IMG/VR virus record: IMGVR_UViG_3300048503_000021 | Span: 1 to 64,000 of that record | Direction: 5' to 3' (one strand) | DNA from: a virus | Taxonomy: Duplodnaviria > Caudoviricetes | Length of the DNA: 64,000 nt | In this document: in pieces, positions 8,515 through 16,554 of the stretch | Layout: every line of letters starts with the position of its first letter | How positions within the stretch are numbered: the first letter of the stretch is position 1 | Translations under genes and position numbers: made by a program | The notes under the pieces: generated by a model | Told to the model about the DNA's origin: nothing | The model's input: the letters and a program-made list of their open reading frames with translations, nothing else | Database searches by the model: none

Positions 8515-8877
8515 ATGAGAGTAGATCCTGCCGCGACATACCGACTGCTGGAAGCCGTCGAGGAACTCTACCGCCAGCACGCCAAACTTCAAGAGATGCG
8601 GCGCAATGTGAAGCCTTGTACGGAATTTAGTTCCGGAGATAGAGAAACCGGGGACTACGGAACGCCCGCGTGCGACATCCACAAGGACACCGACGAGATG
8701 TGTGAGAACTGTCTTATCAAGGCAGCGCAACTCTCGGCTTTCAAGGTGGCGAAACGGAAGCGCGCTTTGGCACAACGCCGAATCCTGCGATGGGCCGAGC
8801 GGCACGTAAAGACACCCTACGAACGTGAGACGTGGCGCAACTCACTGGCGTGCTGGAAAAAGGTGGCTGGCAAATGA
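8515..8877 (+). CDS. Hypothetical protein with Cys cluster
   Basis: Strong SD GGAGG; C..C..CxxC. Confidence 0.55.
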   Translation: MRVDPAATYRLLEAVEELYRQHAKLQEMRRNVKPCTEFSSGDRETGDYGTPACDIHKDTDEMCENCLIKAAQLSAFKVAKRKRALAQRRILRWAERHVKTPYERETWRNSLACWKKVAGK

Positions 8878-8933
8878 CCCACGCGACCCTGCTCTCTGAC
8901 CAGGATGCGAAACAAATGAAAGGACAGAAATGA
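8874..8933 (+). CDS. Linker minigene copy 2 (MTHATLLSDQDAKQMKGQK)
   Basis: First 28 nt identical to 7664; ATGA overlaps at both ends. Confidence 0.5.
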   Translation: MTHATLLSDQDAKQMKGQK

Positions 8934-9301
8934 ACATAGACGATCTGACCATCAAGCAGGCCCGCGAACTGGTTGCGATGTTCGCGACAAGCCCAACGAT
9001 CAACCCCAAACCAGTGCATCCGATGCTCGGCAAACGCTGCCTTGTGCGGACCTACAGCGCCGGAGTGCATATCGGCGATGTGGTGTACGTCGATGGCATG
9101 GAATGTAAGCTGGAGAATGCGCTTCGACTGTGGAAGTGGGAAGGTGGCGGCTTGTCGCTGTCGGCGGTCGCAAACAACGGGATTTCTGGCGGCAGGCTGA
9201 ACAAGACTGGCGAAGTCTACCTGACGAACGTAATTGAGTTCATCCCGACGACCAAGATGGCAGAGGCGACGTATGAGCGATTTATCGAAGATCGTCGCTA
9301 G
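8930..9301 (+). CDS. DUF6948-like phage protein
   Basis: MNIDDLTIKQAREL..GKRCLVRTYSAGVH.G...ALRLWKW...LSAVA. Confidence 0.7.
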   Translation: MNIDDLTIKQARELVAMFATSPTINPKPVHPMLGKRCLVRTYSAGVHIGDVVYVDGMECKLENALRLWKWEGGGLSLSAVANNGISGGRLNKTGEVYLTNVIEFIPTTKMAEATYERFIEDRR

Positions 9302-9521
9302 GCATCGCGGCGACGGCTCCGGCTACGGCGACGGCTACGGCGACGGCTACGGCGAAGGCTCCGGCTACGGCGACGGCTCCGGCTACGGCTACGGCGACGG
9401 CTCCGGCTACGGCTACGGCGAAGGCTCCGGCTACGGCTACGGCGACGGCTACGGCGACGGCGACGGCTCCGGCGAAGGCTCCGGCTCCGGCTCCGGCTAC
9501 GGCTACGGCGACGGCTCATGA
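9273..9521 (+). CDS. Gly-X repeat protein
   Basis: (GY/GD/GS/GE)n repeat following the DUF6948-like gene. Confidence 0.6.
   Translation: MSDLSKIVARHRGDGSGYGDGYGDGYGEGSGYGDGSGYGYGDGSGYGYGEGSGYGYGDGYGDGDGSGEGSGSGSGYGYGDGS
9308..9517 (+). repeat. Hexamer tandem array GGC-(TAC/GAC/TCC/GAA)
   Basis: About 35 GGCNNN units read directly. Confidence 0.95.
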
Positions 9522-9598
9522 CGCAGGCAATGCTCCAGTCTGACCAGGATGCCGTGCGCCGCGCCTGCGTGGGGGGGGAGGACGATGAACTACGCTGA
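9518..9598 (+). CDS. Linker minigene copy 3 (MTQAMLQSDQDAVRRACVGG...)
   Basis: ATGA overlap; mosaic of copies 1 and 2; contains a G8 tract. Confidence 0.45.
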   Translation: MTQAMLQSDQDAVRRACVGGEDDELR

Positions 9599-10970
9599 GT
9601 TCCTAGCATCGAAACGTATCTTGTCTGAGCCGTGCGGATTTGAGGTAGCAGAATCAGATATTAACCCGATGCTGTTTCCGTTTCAACGGGATATCTGCCG
9701 ATGGGCGCTACGCGGCGGCAAGCGGGCCGTCTTTGCGCACACGGGGCTTGGCAAGGGGCCGATCCAGTTGGAGTGGTGCAGGCACGTCTGTCTGCACACG
9801 GGTGGCAACACACTCATCCTGGCCCCACTGGCAGTATCGCAGCAGTTCAAACGGGAAGCCGCAAAGTTCCACATCGCGGTGACGCTTTGTCGCGATCAGT
9901 CCGACGTGCGGCCCGGGATCAACGTCACAAACTACGAGCGCATGGGGCTGTTCGATCTGCGTTCATTCGCTGGCGTGGCGATGGACGAATCGAGTTGTAT
10001 CAAGGACTGGACCTCAAAGACAACCAAAGACCTGATAGAACAACTAGCCGAAACGCCGTTCAAGCTCTGCTCCACGGCGACCCCGAGCCCGAACGACCAC
10101 GCCGAACTGGGAACCCACGCCGAACTATTGGACGTGATGCGGCGCTCCGCCATGCTGGCGATGTTCTTTGAGCACGATGGCGGCGAGACGGCCAAGTGGT
10201 CGCTCAAGGGGCATGGACGCCGACCGTTCTGGAAGTTCGTAGCTTCGTGGGCCGTCTGCCTACTCAAGCCATCCGACCTTGGATACGACGACGAAGGATT
10301 CAATCTACCGCCCCTGCACCTCCAAGAGCACATCGTGGAAGTAGACCAAAGCATCAGCACGGATGGGATGCTTTTCAGATGCCCGGACATGAGCGCGACG
10401 GGCCTCCACAAAGAGATGCGTCTGACTTGCGACGACCGGGCGCGTAAGGTTGCAGAACTTGTACGAGAGAAGCCCGACGAACAGTGGATCATCTGGTGCA
10501 ACACGAACTACGAAGCCGACGCCATGCGGGCGGCGCTCCCTGAAGTCGTCGAAGTGCGCGGGTCTGATTCGCAGGAAAAGAAAGAGTCCGGAGTAGTCCA
10601 ATTCTTAGATGGAGACATCCACTGGCTGCTCAGTAAGCCTGAAATCTTCGGCTACGGCTTAAACCTTCAGTGCTGCTGTAATATGGCTTTCGTCGGCCTC
10701 TCGTATTCGTTTGAATCTATGTTCCAAGCGATCCGCCGATGTTGGCGCTTCGGGCAGGCGCATCCCGTCAACGCCCATATCATAGTGGCCGAAACAGAGG
10801 GCGGCGTACTCTCGACCATCCGGCGCAAGGAAGCGCAGTACGAAGAACTACAGCAAGAGATGAATGTCGCCATGCGCGAGGAGCAGCTTGCCGCGCGGCA
10901 TAAGGCAACGAGATACGACCACGAAACAGAAATGGAGATTCCGGAATGGCTGATATCGCAAACGGCGTGA
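9585..10970 (+). CDS. SF2 (SNF2-like) helicase
   Basis: HTGLGKG Walker A, MDESS Walker B, TATPSPND, GLNLQ, QAIRRCWRFGQ. Confidence 0.9.
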   Translation: MNYAEFLASKRILSEPCGFEVAESDINPMLFPFQRDICRWALRGGKRAVFAHTGLGKGPIQLEWCRHVCLHTGGNTLILAPLAVSQQFKREAAKFHIAVTLCRDQSDVRPGINVTNYERMGLFDLRSFAGVAMDESSCIKDWTSKTTKDLIEQLAETPFKLCSTATPSPNDHAELGTHAELLDVMRRSAMLAMFFEHDGGETAKWSLKGHGRRPFWKFVASWAVCLLKPSDLGYDDEGFNLPPLHLQEHIVEVDQSISTDGMLFRCPDMSATGLHKEMRLTCDDRARKVAELVREKPDEQWIIWCNTNYEADAMRAALPEVVEVRGSDSQEKKESGVVQFLDGDIHWLLSKPEIFGYGLNLQCCCNMAFVGLSYSFESMFQAIRRCWRFGQAHPVNAHIIVAETEGGVLSTIRRKEAQYEELQQEMNVAMREEQLAARHKATRYDHETEMEIPEWLISQTA

Positions 10971-11923
10971 AGGTAATAAACCAAGTGATTACGGAAGAGT
11001 ACGCCATTTACCAGGGCGACTGCGTTGAAGTAATGCGCGGGATGCCCAACGACAGTGTTCATATGAGCGTGTTTTCCCCGCCGTTTGGTTCCTTGTACTC
11101 ATACACGGACGCGCAGCAGGACATGAGCAATGTCCGCGACTACAAGGAGTTCTTTGCCGGATTCGATTTCATGGTGCGCGAACTTCACCGGATTATGATG
11201 CCCGGTCGGCTGGTCGCATTCCACTGCATGCAGATCCCAGCCATGAAGGAGCGCGACGGATACATTGGGCTGAAGGACTTTCGTGGCGATCTGATCCGGG
11301 CGTTTGAGAAGTACGATTTCATCCACCATTCCGAGGTGGTGATTTGGAAAGATCCACTGATCGAGGCCACGCGGACCAAGGCGCTCGGGTTGATGCACAA
11401 ACAACTTGTGAAGGATTCGGCCATCTGCCGAGTCGGAAGCCCCGATTATCTCGTAGTGATGCGCAAGGATGGCGACAATCCCGAGCCAATACCGCATGCC
11501 CCTTCGGGCTTCAACCGCTGGATTGGACGGCCCGAAGACGAACCCAAGGCCGAAAAAAAGATCGGTTCGGCAGTGAACAAGTATTCGCACTATGTCTGGC
11601 AGCGCTACGCTTCGCCGGTTTGGTTCGACATCAATCCGAGCGACACGCTACAGCGCACCAGCGCTCGCGAAGACGACGATTCCCGGCACATCTGCCCGCT
11701 TCAACTGACAGTGATCCGGCGTGCGATTGAACTATGGAGCAACCCCGGAGACATCTTATTTTCGCCGTTTGCCGGGATCGGATCGGAGGGCTATGTGGCA
11801 CTGGAGGAACGACGTCGGTTTGTAGGGGCCGAATTGAAAGAATCTTACTACAACCAAGCTTGCCGGAATCTTGAAGCCGCGTTGAAATTGCGAGACCAAG
11901 GAACGCTCTATGGCGGAGATTGA
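10946..11923 (+). CDS. DNA methyltransferase (N4-C/N6-A family)
   Basis: GDCVEVM, FSPPF motif IV, HICPLQL, SPFAGIGSEG motif I, GAELKESYY. Confidence 0.9.
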   Translation: MADIANGVKVINQVITEEYAIYQGDCVEVMRGMPNDSVHMSVFSPPFGSLYSYTDAQQDMSNVRDYKEFFAGFDFMVRELHRIMMPGRLVAFHCMQIPAMKERDGYIGLKDFRGDLIRAFEKYDFIHHSEVVIWKDPLIEATRTKALGLMHKQLVKDSAICRVGSPDYLVVMRKDGDNPEPIPHAPSGFNRWIGRPEDEPKAEKKIGSAVNKYSHYVWQRYASPVWFDINPSDTLQRTSAREDDDSRHICPLQLTVIRRAIELWSNPGDILFSPFAGIGSEGYVALEERRRFVGAELKESYYNQACRNLEAALKLRDQGTLYGGD

Positions 11924-12065
11924 GGATGAACTCGCCCGCTGCGTCCGCGAACAGGAAGCAGTGAAAGTATACCTGGACAGCGACGGACCAGACAAGGACG
12001 GGGCGTGGAAGGGATTGACGGATTGGCTCATGGAAGAGGCGCTGATTCGATTGGGGGCTCTATGA
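11910..12065 (+). CDS. Small hypothetical protein (51 aa)
   Basis: MAEIEDELARC...GLTDWLMEEALIRLGAL; overlaps both neighbours. Confidence 0.5.
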   Translation: MAEIEDELARCVREQEAVKVYLDSDGPDKDGAWKGLTDWLMEEALIRLGAL

Positions 12066-12163
12066 CCCCCTCCCAACTCCAGGCCGACCAGAACTCGGTT
12101 TGGCGGGCCTGCGTGGGCTCCTGGACGCGCGAGACAAATAACTTAATTCGGTTGGTGGGTTAA
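12062..12163 (+). CDS. Linker minigene copy 4 (MTPSQLQADQNSVWRACVG...)
   Basis: Diverged member of the family; ATGA overlap. Confidence 0.45.
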   Translation: MTPSQLQADQNSVWRACVGSWTRETNNLIRLVG

Positions 12164-12172
12164 GTTGTTAGT
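12134..12172. promoter_or_regulatory. AT-rich inverted repeat upstream of recombinase (candidate res/att or IHF-like sites)
   Basis: ACAAATAACTTAA-N13-TTAAGTTGTTAGT, 11/13 matches. Confidence 0.45.
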
Positions 12173-12207
12173 TTTCGTGGCACAATAAGTCTTGATACGG
12201 ACTGGAG

Positions 12208-12897
12208 GTGATGATGAAAGCAGCGGCATACTGTAGGGTTTCGACTAAAGATCAGGCAGAAAACGGCGTCTCCCTGAAGGACCAAAGGGCCAAGATCGAG
12301 GCTATGTGTGTGGTTCGAGGAGACGAGCTTGTAGCGCTGGTAACGGACGAGGAATCCGGCAAGGATCTCAACCGTCCCGGTTTCCAACAGATTCAGCGGA
12401 TGGTGGAGGACCACGAAGTCGATGTCGTCATCATCGCGAAGTTGGACCGGCTGACCAGAAGCGTGGGGGATCTGGCGCACCTTCTGGCCCTATTCGATAA
12501 ACATGGAGTGGCGCTCGTATCCCTAGCTGAGTCTCTTGACACACAGAGTGCAGCGGGCCGTCTTGTGATTAACGTCATGGGTGCCGTGGCCCAATGGGAG
12601 CGGGAAGTGATCTCCGAGCGGACGAAGGCGGCACTGGCGTATAAGAAATCGAAGGGGCAGCGGGTGGGGAACATCCCGTTCGGGTTTGAGTTGGGCGAGG
12701 GGAAGCAGTTGATCCCCAATCTGCGGGAGCAGAGCCTTATCAGGCTAATCAGGCGTGAACGTGAAAAAGGGGCGAGCTATCGCGCAATCGCGGGTGTGTT
12801 GAATAACTGTGAGTATAAGACTCGCACGGGCGGCAAGTGGCGGCACGAGTCGGTCGAAGACGTTTACAAGGCGAAGCCGGTAGTACTATCGGCGTAG
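12208..12897 (+). CDS. Serine recombinase (resolvase domain plus short recombinase domain)
   Basis: AYCRVSTKDQ, SGKDLNRPGF, KLDRLTRS, AQWEREVISERTK. Confidence 0.92.
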   Translation: MMMKAAAYCRVSTKDQAENGVSLKDQRAKIEAMCVVRGDELVALVTDEESGKDLNRPGFQQIQRMVEDHEVDVVIIAKLDRLTRSVGDLAHLLALFDKHGVALVSLAESLDTQSAAGRLVINVMGAVAQWEREVISERTKAALAYKKSKGQRVGNIPFGFELGEGKQLIPNLREQSLIRLIRREREKGASYRAIAGVLNNCEYKTRTGGKWRHESVEDVYKAKPVVLSA

Positions 12898-12905
12898 GAG
12901 GAAAT

Positions 12906-13739
12906 ATGCTTAAAACGAAAGACACGTACAACGGCCACCTGACTTTCCGAACCACCAGCCTCTACATCGGCGACGTGCTAGATCTGTATGAAGAATACTC
13001 GCCAGACGAAGTGGATCTTCTTAAGGTGCTGGCGAAGGATCGAAATGTGATACTGGCCGGGGCGAACATCGGGGCCATCGCGGTGCCGGTCGGGAAGGCT
13101 GCTAAGGAGCTTAGCGCGTTTGAGCCAAACCCGATTGAGTACGAACTGCTATGGGAAAATATACAGAACTGCGGCTCATGCTTACCGTGCTGCAAAGCGC
13201 TTGGAGAGAAGATTGGAAATATGTATTGCCCCGTCCTCAACCCGGAACAGCCGGGGAACGTAGGAGGCGCTTCCCTCTTGGGCTGGACAAGCCAGGACAA
13301 CACAACCCCAGTTCAAGTCATACCCCTAGATTATCTAAAGCAAAAAGACGTTGGCCTCATCATCGCCGACACCGAAGGCATGGAGATCCATGTTGTCAAA
13401 GGGGCGCTGGAAACAATCAAACGGGATCAGCCGTACCTCTACCTGGAGAATAACTTCGAGGCCATCCCCCCAGACGCGAACAATCCATATGGACGGCCCT
13501 GCCGCGCCGCCGAACTGATGAAACTGGTGGAGTCTTTGGGCTACACAATGTACTACCACTTCCCCAAGTTGACGAACAAAGCTAAGGAAGGGGAGTTGGC
13601 CTACGGCGTTGTTTCCTTCAACATGCTGTGCGTCCACCAATACAAGGGCTACGAGTTTGCGAAACTCGAACAAGCATCGTGGCATCTAAGTTCCGTAGTC
13701 AAGAATGCTGACGGGCAGTATGTGGTGAACCAGCAATGA
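12906..13739 (+). CDS. FkbM-family SAM-dependent methyltransferase
   Basis: AGANIG, AFEPNP, IADTEGMEIHVVKGALETIKR.QPYLYLEN. Confidence 0.85.
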   Translation: MLKTKDTYNGHLTFRTTSLYIGDVLDLYEEYSPDEVDLLKVLAKDRNVILAGANIGAIAVPVGKAAKELSAFEPNPIEYELLWENIQNCGSCLPCCKALGEKIGNMYCPVLNPEQPGNVGGASLLGWTSQDNTTPVQVIPLDYLKQKDVGLIIADTEGMEIHVVKGALETIKRDQPYLYLENNFEAIPPDANNPYGRPCRAAELMKLVESLGYTMYYHFPKLTNKAKEGELAYGVVSFNMLCVHQYKGYEFAKLEQASWHLSSVVKNADGQYVVNQQ

Positions 13740-13873
13740 GCACGCCACAATGGATCGCCGTAGCCGTCCAGTTAGCTGTATATGCCTTCTGGCTTGGATG
13801 GGTAGTTGGCAGGTCGTCGGGGAGAAAGCAAATCCTGTCGATGATCGAAAAGCAGATACACCGGGTTAAGTAG
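13736..13873 (+). CDS. Small single-TM protein (45 aa)
   Basis: WIAVAVQLAVYAFWLGWVVG; ATGA overlap. Confidence 0.45.
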   Translation: MSTPQWIAVAVQLAVYAFWLGWVVGRSSGRKQILSMIEKQIHRVK

Positions 13874-13881
13874 CTTTAGTC

Positions 13882-13936
13882 TTGACATTTCTTAATTGAC
13901 AAGCGAGGATGGAATTAAGAAAGTCTGGATGCAGAC
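13882..13936 (+). promoter_or_regulatory. Promoter/operator region
   Basis: Two TTGACA (13882, 13896); perfect 10-bp IR TTTCTTAATT...AATTAAGAAA (13888-13922); GTCTGGATGCAGAC palindrome abutting ATG 13937. Confidence 0.55.
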
Positions 13937-14185
13937 ATGGAAGCACTAGAAATCAACCCGACCCTCTACCACGGCTACTGTGATGAGCCGCGACGAGTGC
14001 TGTGTACGCGCTGTGGATACTGGCTGAACTTGAGCGCAGAGGACGGCGGGGTTGGCGACGACTACGCTACGGTTCTAACGAGGAAGCACCTGGAGATCTG
14101 TCAAGGGAATGCCGCACAAACCACGGAAGCACTTGGGGAGTGGTTCCAGAGACATGCCAGCCAAAGACGACCCCAGCCTGTTTGA
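13937..14185 (+). CDS. Small Zn-finger-like protein
   Basis: CTRC...HLEIC. Confidence 0.5.
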   Translation: MEALEINPTLYHGYCDEPRRVLCTRCGYWLNLSAEDGGVGDDYATVLTRKHLEICQGNAAQTTEALGEWFQRHASQRRPQPV

Positions 14186-14456
14186 AGACCATCCCGCAGG
14201 TAAAGTCCGTTTTCTTCGGCCCACCGGGGATACTGCCGTACCTATCGGCAAATGGCTGATTCGCGTCTCGCAACCTTATTATAAGGCGCTGAAACTGGAC
14301 GCGATGGACGAGTACATCTTGAACGAATACCTTGCCAGCGCTGACAGCGTGACTGGGGGCCGGTGCTTTTACTACCACCCCGAGACGCTGCGTATTCTGA
14401 AGTGCCAGACGTGGGATGAATACATGGACGAAGCCGAAGGGGTGCTTGCGCTTTGA
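14154..14456 (+). CDS. Hypothetical protein
   Basis: ORF with SD GGGGAG. Confidence 0.5.
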   Translation: MPAKDDPSLFEDHPAGKVRFLRPTGDTAVPIGKWLIRVSQPYYKALKLDAMDEYILNEYLASADSVTGGRCFYYHPETLRILKCQTWDEYMDEAEGVLAL

Positions 14457-14665
14457 AATGGACTGATGAAGGATGGGATGCGCCCGCCGATGAAAGGGCA
14501 GTCCCCTATGAAAAGTGGCGGCGCGATGCGGCTATGGCTATAATAACCGAAGCAGCGCGGGCGCGGTCGCAGCCTACCCTTAGTGTGCAACAAGAAAGCA
14601 GCGGCCCTCCGGCGAAGGCCAAGAAAAAACCACAGATGGGGCTTTTGTTCAAGGATAAGACTTGA
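14453..14665 (+). CDS. Hypothetical protein
   Basis: TTG start overlapping the previous stop. Confidence 0.4.
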   Translation: MKWTDEGWDAPADERAVPYEKWRRDAAMAIITEAARARSQPTLSVQQESSGPPAKAKKKPQMGLLFKDKT

Positions 14666-14693
14666 ATAGGAATTATAGTTCGATGTATGCTTA

Positions 14694-15503
14694 ATGCTGG
14701 TGGAGCCCCAAACACTCTTTGATAAGCACATGGCTCAAGCTGACAGGGTAGCCGAAAGGCTCTGTTGGAGCTATCGCGTATCAGGGGCGTTGACCTATCA
14801 GGAAGAAGCCAGATCCGAGGCGAGACTGGCATTGTGGCGCTGCTGCCTATCCTACAATCCTGACCTTCAAGCCTTCCAAAAGAAACTTAATCGGGTGGCT
14901 GACCTCGTAATTTTCTGGTCGCCAGTGTTGGGGGTTGTGGCCAACGAAACACGAAAAGACCCCTATGCTTCCTTCTGGATCTGGGCTGTCCAGCGCGTAG
15001 GGGGCCGGGTGTTAGACTTCTTCCGATCCCAACACTTGATAACGCGCCTAGCCCCAGGCGAAACCCATACGATGCTCTACCGAGAGCGCTTCGTTTCAAT
15101 GGGGACGCCAAAGGGGCAGACGGCGAGAGGAAGCTCGAACCCCAGCCTCCGCGACGAATACTTGAGTCAGGACTACACTGACTCTTTTTTTTCGTCTGAT
15201 CGGGCCGACACGTATAACGAGTTAGAATCCATACAGTTAGAAATCTCCACCATCATGTCAGACGCTCATCTCACACAGACGGAGAGGCAGTCGATTGATC
15301 TGGCGTATGGGAATGAGGAGATGGAGCCTGCGGAGATTGCGGAGATGATGGGGATTGGTACGGCCACAGCCAAGCTGCTATTGAAAACAGCCTTGGGCAA
15401 GTTGCAAGACGCGGCTCACTCGCTTTGTAACGGCTGTGGGCGCTCAGCCTTGAGCCACGCTTCCGCCACAAAATCAATAACCTTACCCATGCTGCAACCT
15501 TGA
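14694..15503 (+). CDS. Phage-encoded sigma70-family factor (FliA/WhiG-like)
   Basis: Region 2: EEARSEARLALW...YNP...SFWIWAVQRVGGRVLDFFR; region 4: LTQTERQSIDLAY..EMEPAEIAEMMGI...ALGKLQ. Confidence 0.8.
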   Translation: MLVEPQTLFDKHMAQADRVAERLCWSYRVSGALTYQEEARSEARLALWRCCLSYNPDLQAFQKKLNRVADLVIFWSPVLGVVANETRKDPYASFWIWAVQRVGGRVLDFFRSQHLITRLAPGETHTMLYRERFVSMGTPKGQTARGSSNPSLRDEYLSQDYTDSFFSSDRADTYNELESIQLEISTIMSDAHLTQTERQSIDLAYGNEEMEPAEIAEMMGIGTATAKLLLKTALGKLQDAAHSLCNGCGRSALSHASATKSITLPMLQP

Positions 15504-15631
15504 ACGGCGGTCTTTTCTAATAGGAAAGACATAGTTTGGGGAGAAACCCTGCATCCAATCCTCACTCGTTTCTTTTCTTCTGGCAGGGCTTTACGGCCTA
15601 ATTTCTTGGGAGTGGGGATTGTGCTATCCAT
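15416..15631 (-). CDS. Ribbon-helix-helix-like DNA-binding regulator
   Basis: GRKALPEEKKRVRIGCRVSP.T...L......SMGKVID; appears leaderless behind TTGCAT-18-TACTGT. Confidence 0.65.
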   Translation of the reverse strand: MDSTIPTPKKLGRKALPEEKKRVRIGCRVSPQTMSFLLEKTAVQGCSMGKVIDFVAEAWLKAERPQPLQSE

Positions 15632-15661
15632 AAATCCACAGTACACTGATGTTGGGCGAAA

Positions 15662-16114
15662 ATGCAAACAATTCTGTTGGCCATCTTTGGTACGTTCTGC
15701 TTCTGCCTTTTCCTAGTGGCATTGGCCGTTGGCGGCTATTGGATGTACCGCAGCCGAAAGAAGCAGATCGAAGTCCAGGAGCAGTTCTGTAAGGCCGTCG
15801 AGACCCTTTCCTCTGTCGCTAAGGATCTGAGCGACATCCCCAAACTCATCGCAGGGCATGGCAACGCAGCCGGGGCCATCGCTATTGAAGTGGCGAAGCT
15901 CCGAGACTCGATTGATCGCTTCGTTGGCGTCGTAGTGAAGCCGAGAGAGACGGAAGCGGGCGTGGACTACACCAAAGAAGAGGACGCCAGCCTGCATTGG
16001 GAAGTGGCGCAGGTCCTAGCCGAAGACCCCTCTGTTGGTATCGAGAGGGCTAAGGAGATAGCCGAAGGGCGGATCGCGGAACAGGCGGCGCTACCGCACT
16101 TGGGAATGGAGTGA
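15662..16114 (+). CDS. Membrane-anchored hypothetical protein
   Basis: N-terminal TM segment followed by helical region. Confidence 0.65.
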   Translation: MQTILLAIFGTFCFCLFLVALAVGGYWMYRSRKKQIEVQEQFCKAVETLSSVAKDLSDIPKLIAGHGNAAGAIAIEVAKLRDSIDRFVGVVVKPRETEAGVDYTKEEDASLHWEVAQVLAEDPSVGIERAKEIAEGRIAEQAALPHLGME

Positions 16115-16115
16115 C

Positions 16116-16343
16116 ATGGGTGACCTGACCGATCTGAAGATTGTTGAAAACGAATACCTACCCGAAGGGTTTGTCCAGTTTAATGACGGTCATGGCGTGT
16201 CTATCTTAGACGTAAAAAGTGGTAACGTGGTCCGTATCCCGCATAGTAGTTTTCAAGTAAGCTATGAACTTTCTCCAATATGCGAGCAGAAGGAAGACTC
16301 GACGGTTTTCTATTTGCTGTGCACGATGAGGTTCTATGAGTGA
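16116..16343 (+). CDS. Hypothetical protein
   Basis: SD GGAG, operon context. Confidence 0.5.
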   Translation: MGDLTDLKIVENEYLPEGFVQFNDGHGVSILDVKSGNVVRIPHSSFQVSYELSPICEQKEDSTVFYLLCTMRFYE

Positions 16344-16554
16344 GACCGTAGCCACGCGATCCCCGTCTGAGACTCTGATGGGCTGTCTGGAAGAGTTCGG
16401 AAAAGCCGAGCCGACAAGGGTTATGGTCATCTGGACCGACGAGACGGGCGATCTCTGTTGGAGCACTTCTTCTCCTCGCGTCCTGTCGCAAATGATAGGT
16501 ATGTTGGAGTGTGCGAAGGCAGCGTTGACCCGCGAGTTTCTGGAGTTGGAATGA
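16336..16554 (+). CDS. Hypothetical protein
   Basis: VMVIW...IGMLECAK motif; SD GAGG. Confidence 0.6.
   Translation: MSETVATRSPSETLMGCLEEFGKAEPTRVMVIWTDETGDLCWSTSSPRVLSQMIGMLECAKAALTREFLELE

Noticed and set aside
9308-9517. Repeat array as a CRISPR or DGR template
   Set aside because: Hexamer microsatellite with no spacers; no cas or reverse transcriptase gene seen in the window
9298-9609. Minus-strand Arg/Ser-rich ORF resembling an SR protein
   Set aside because: Antisense shadow of the GGC-NNC repeat
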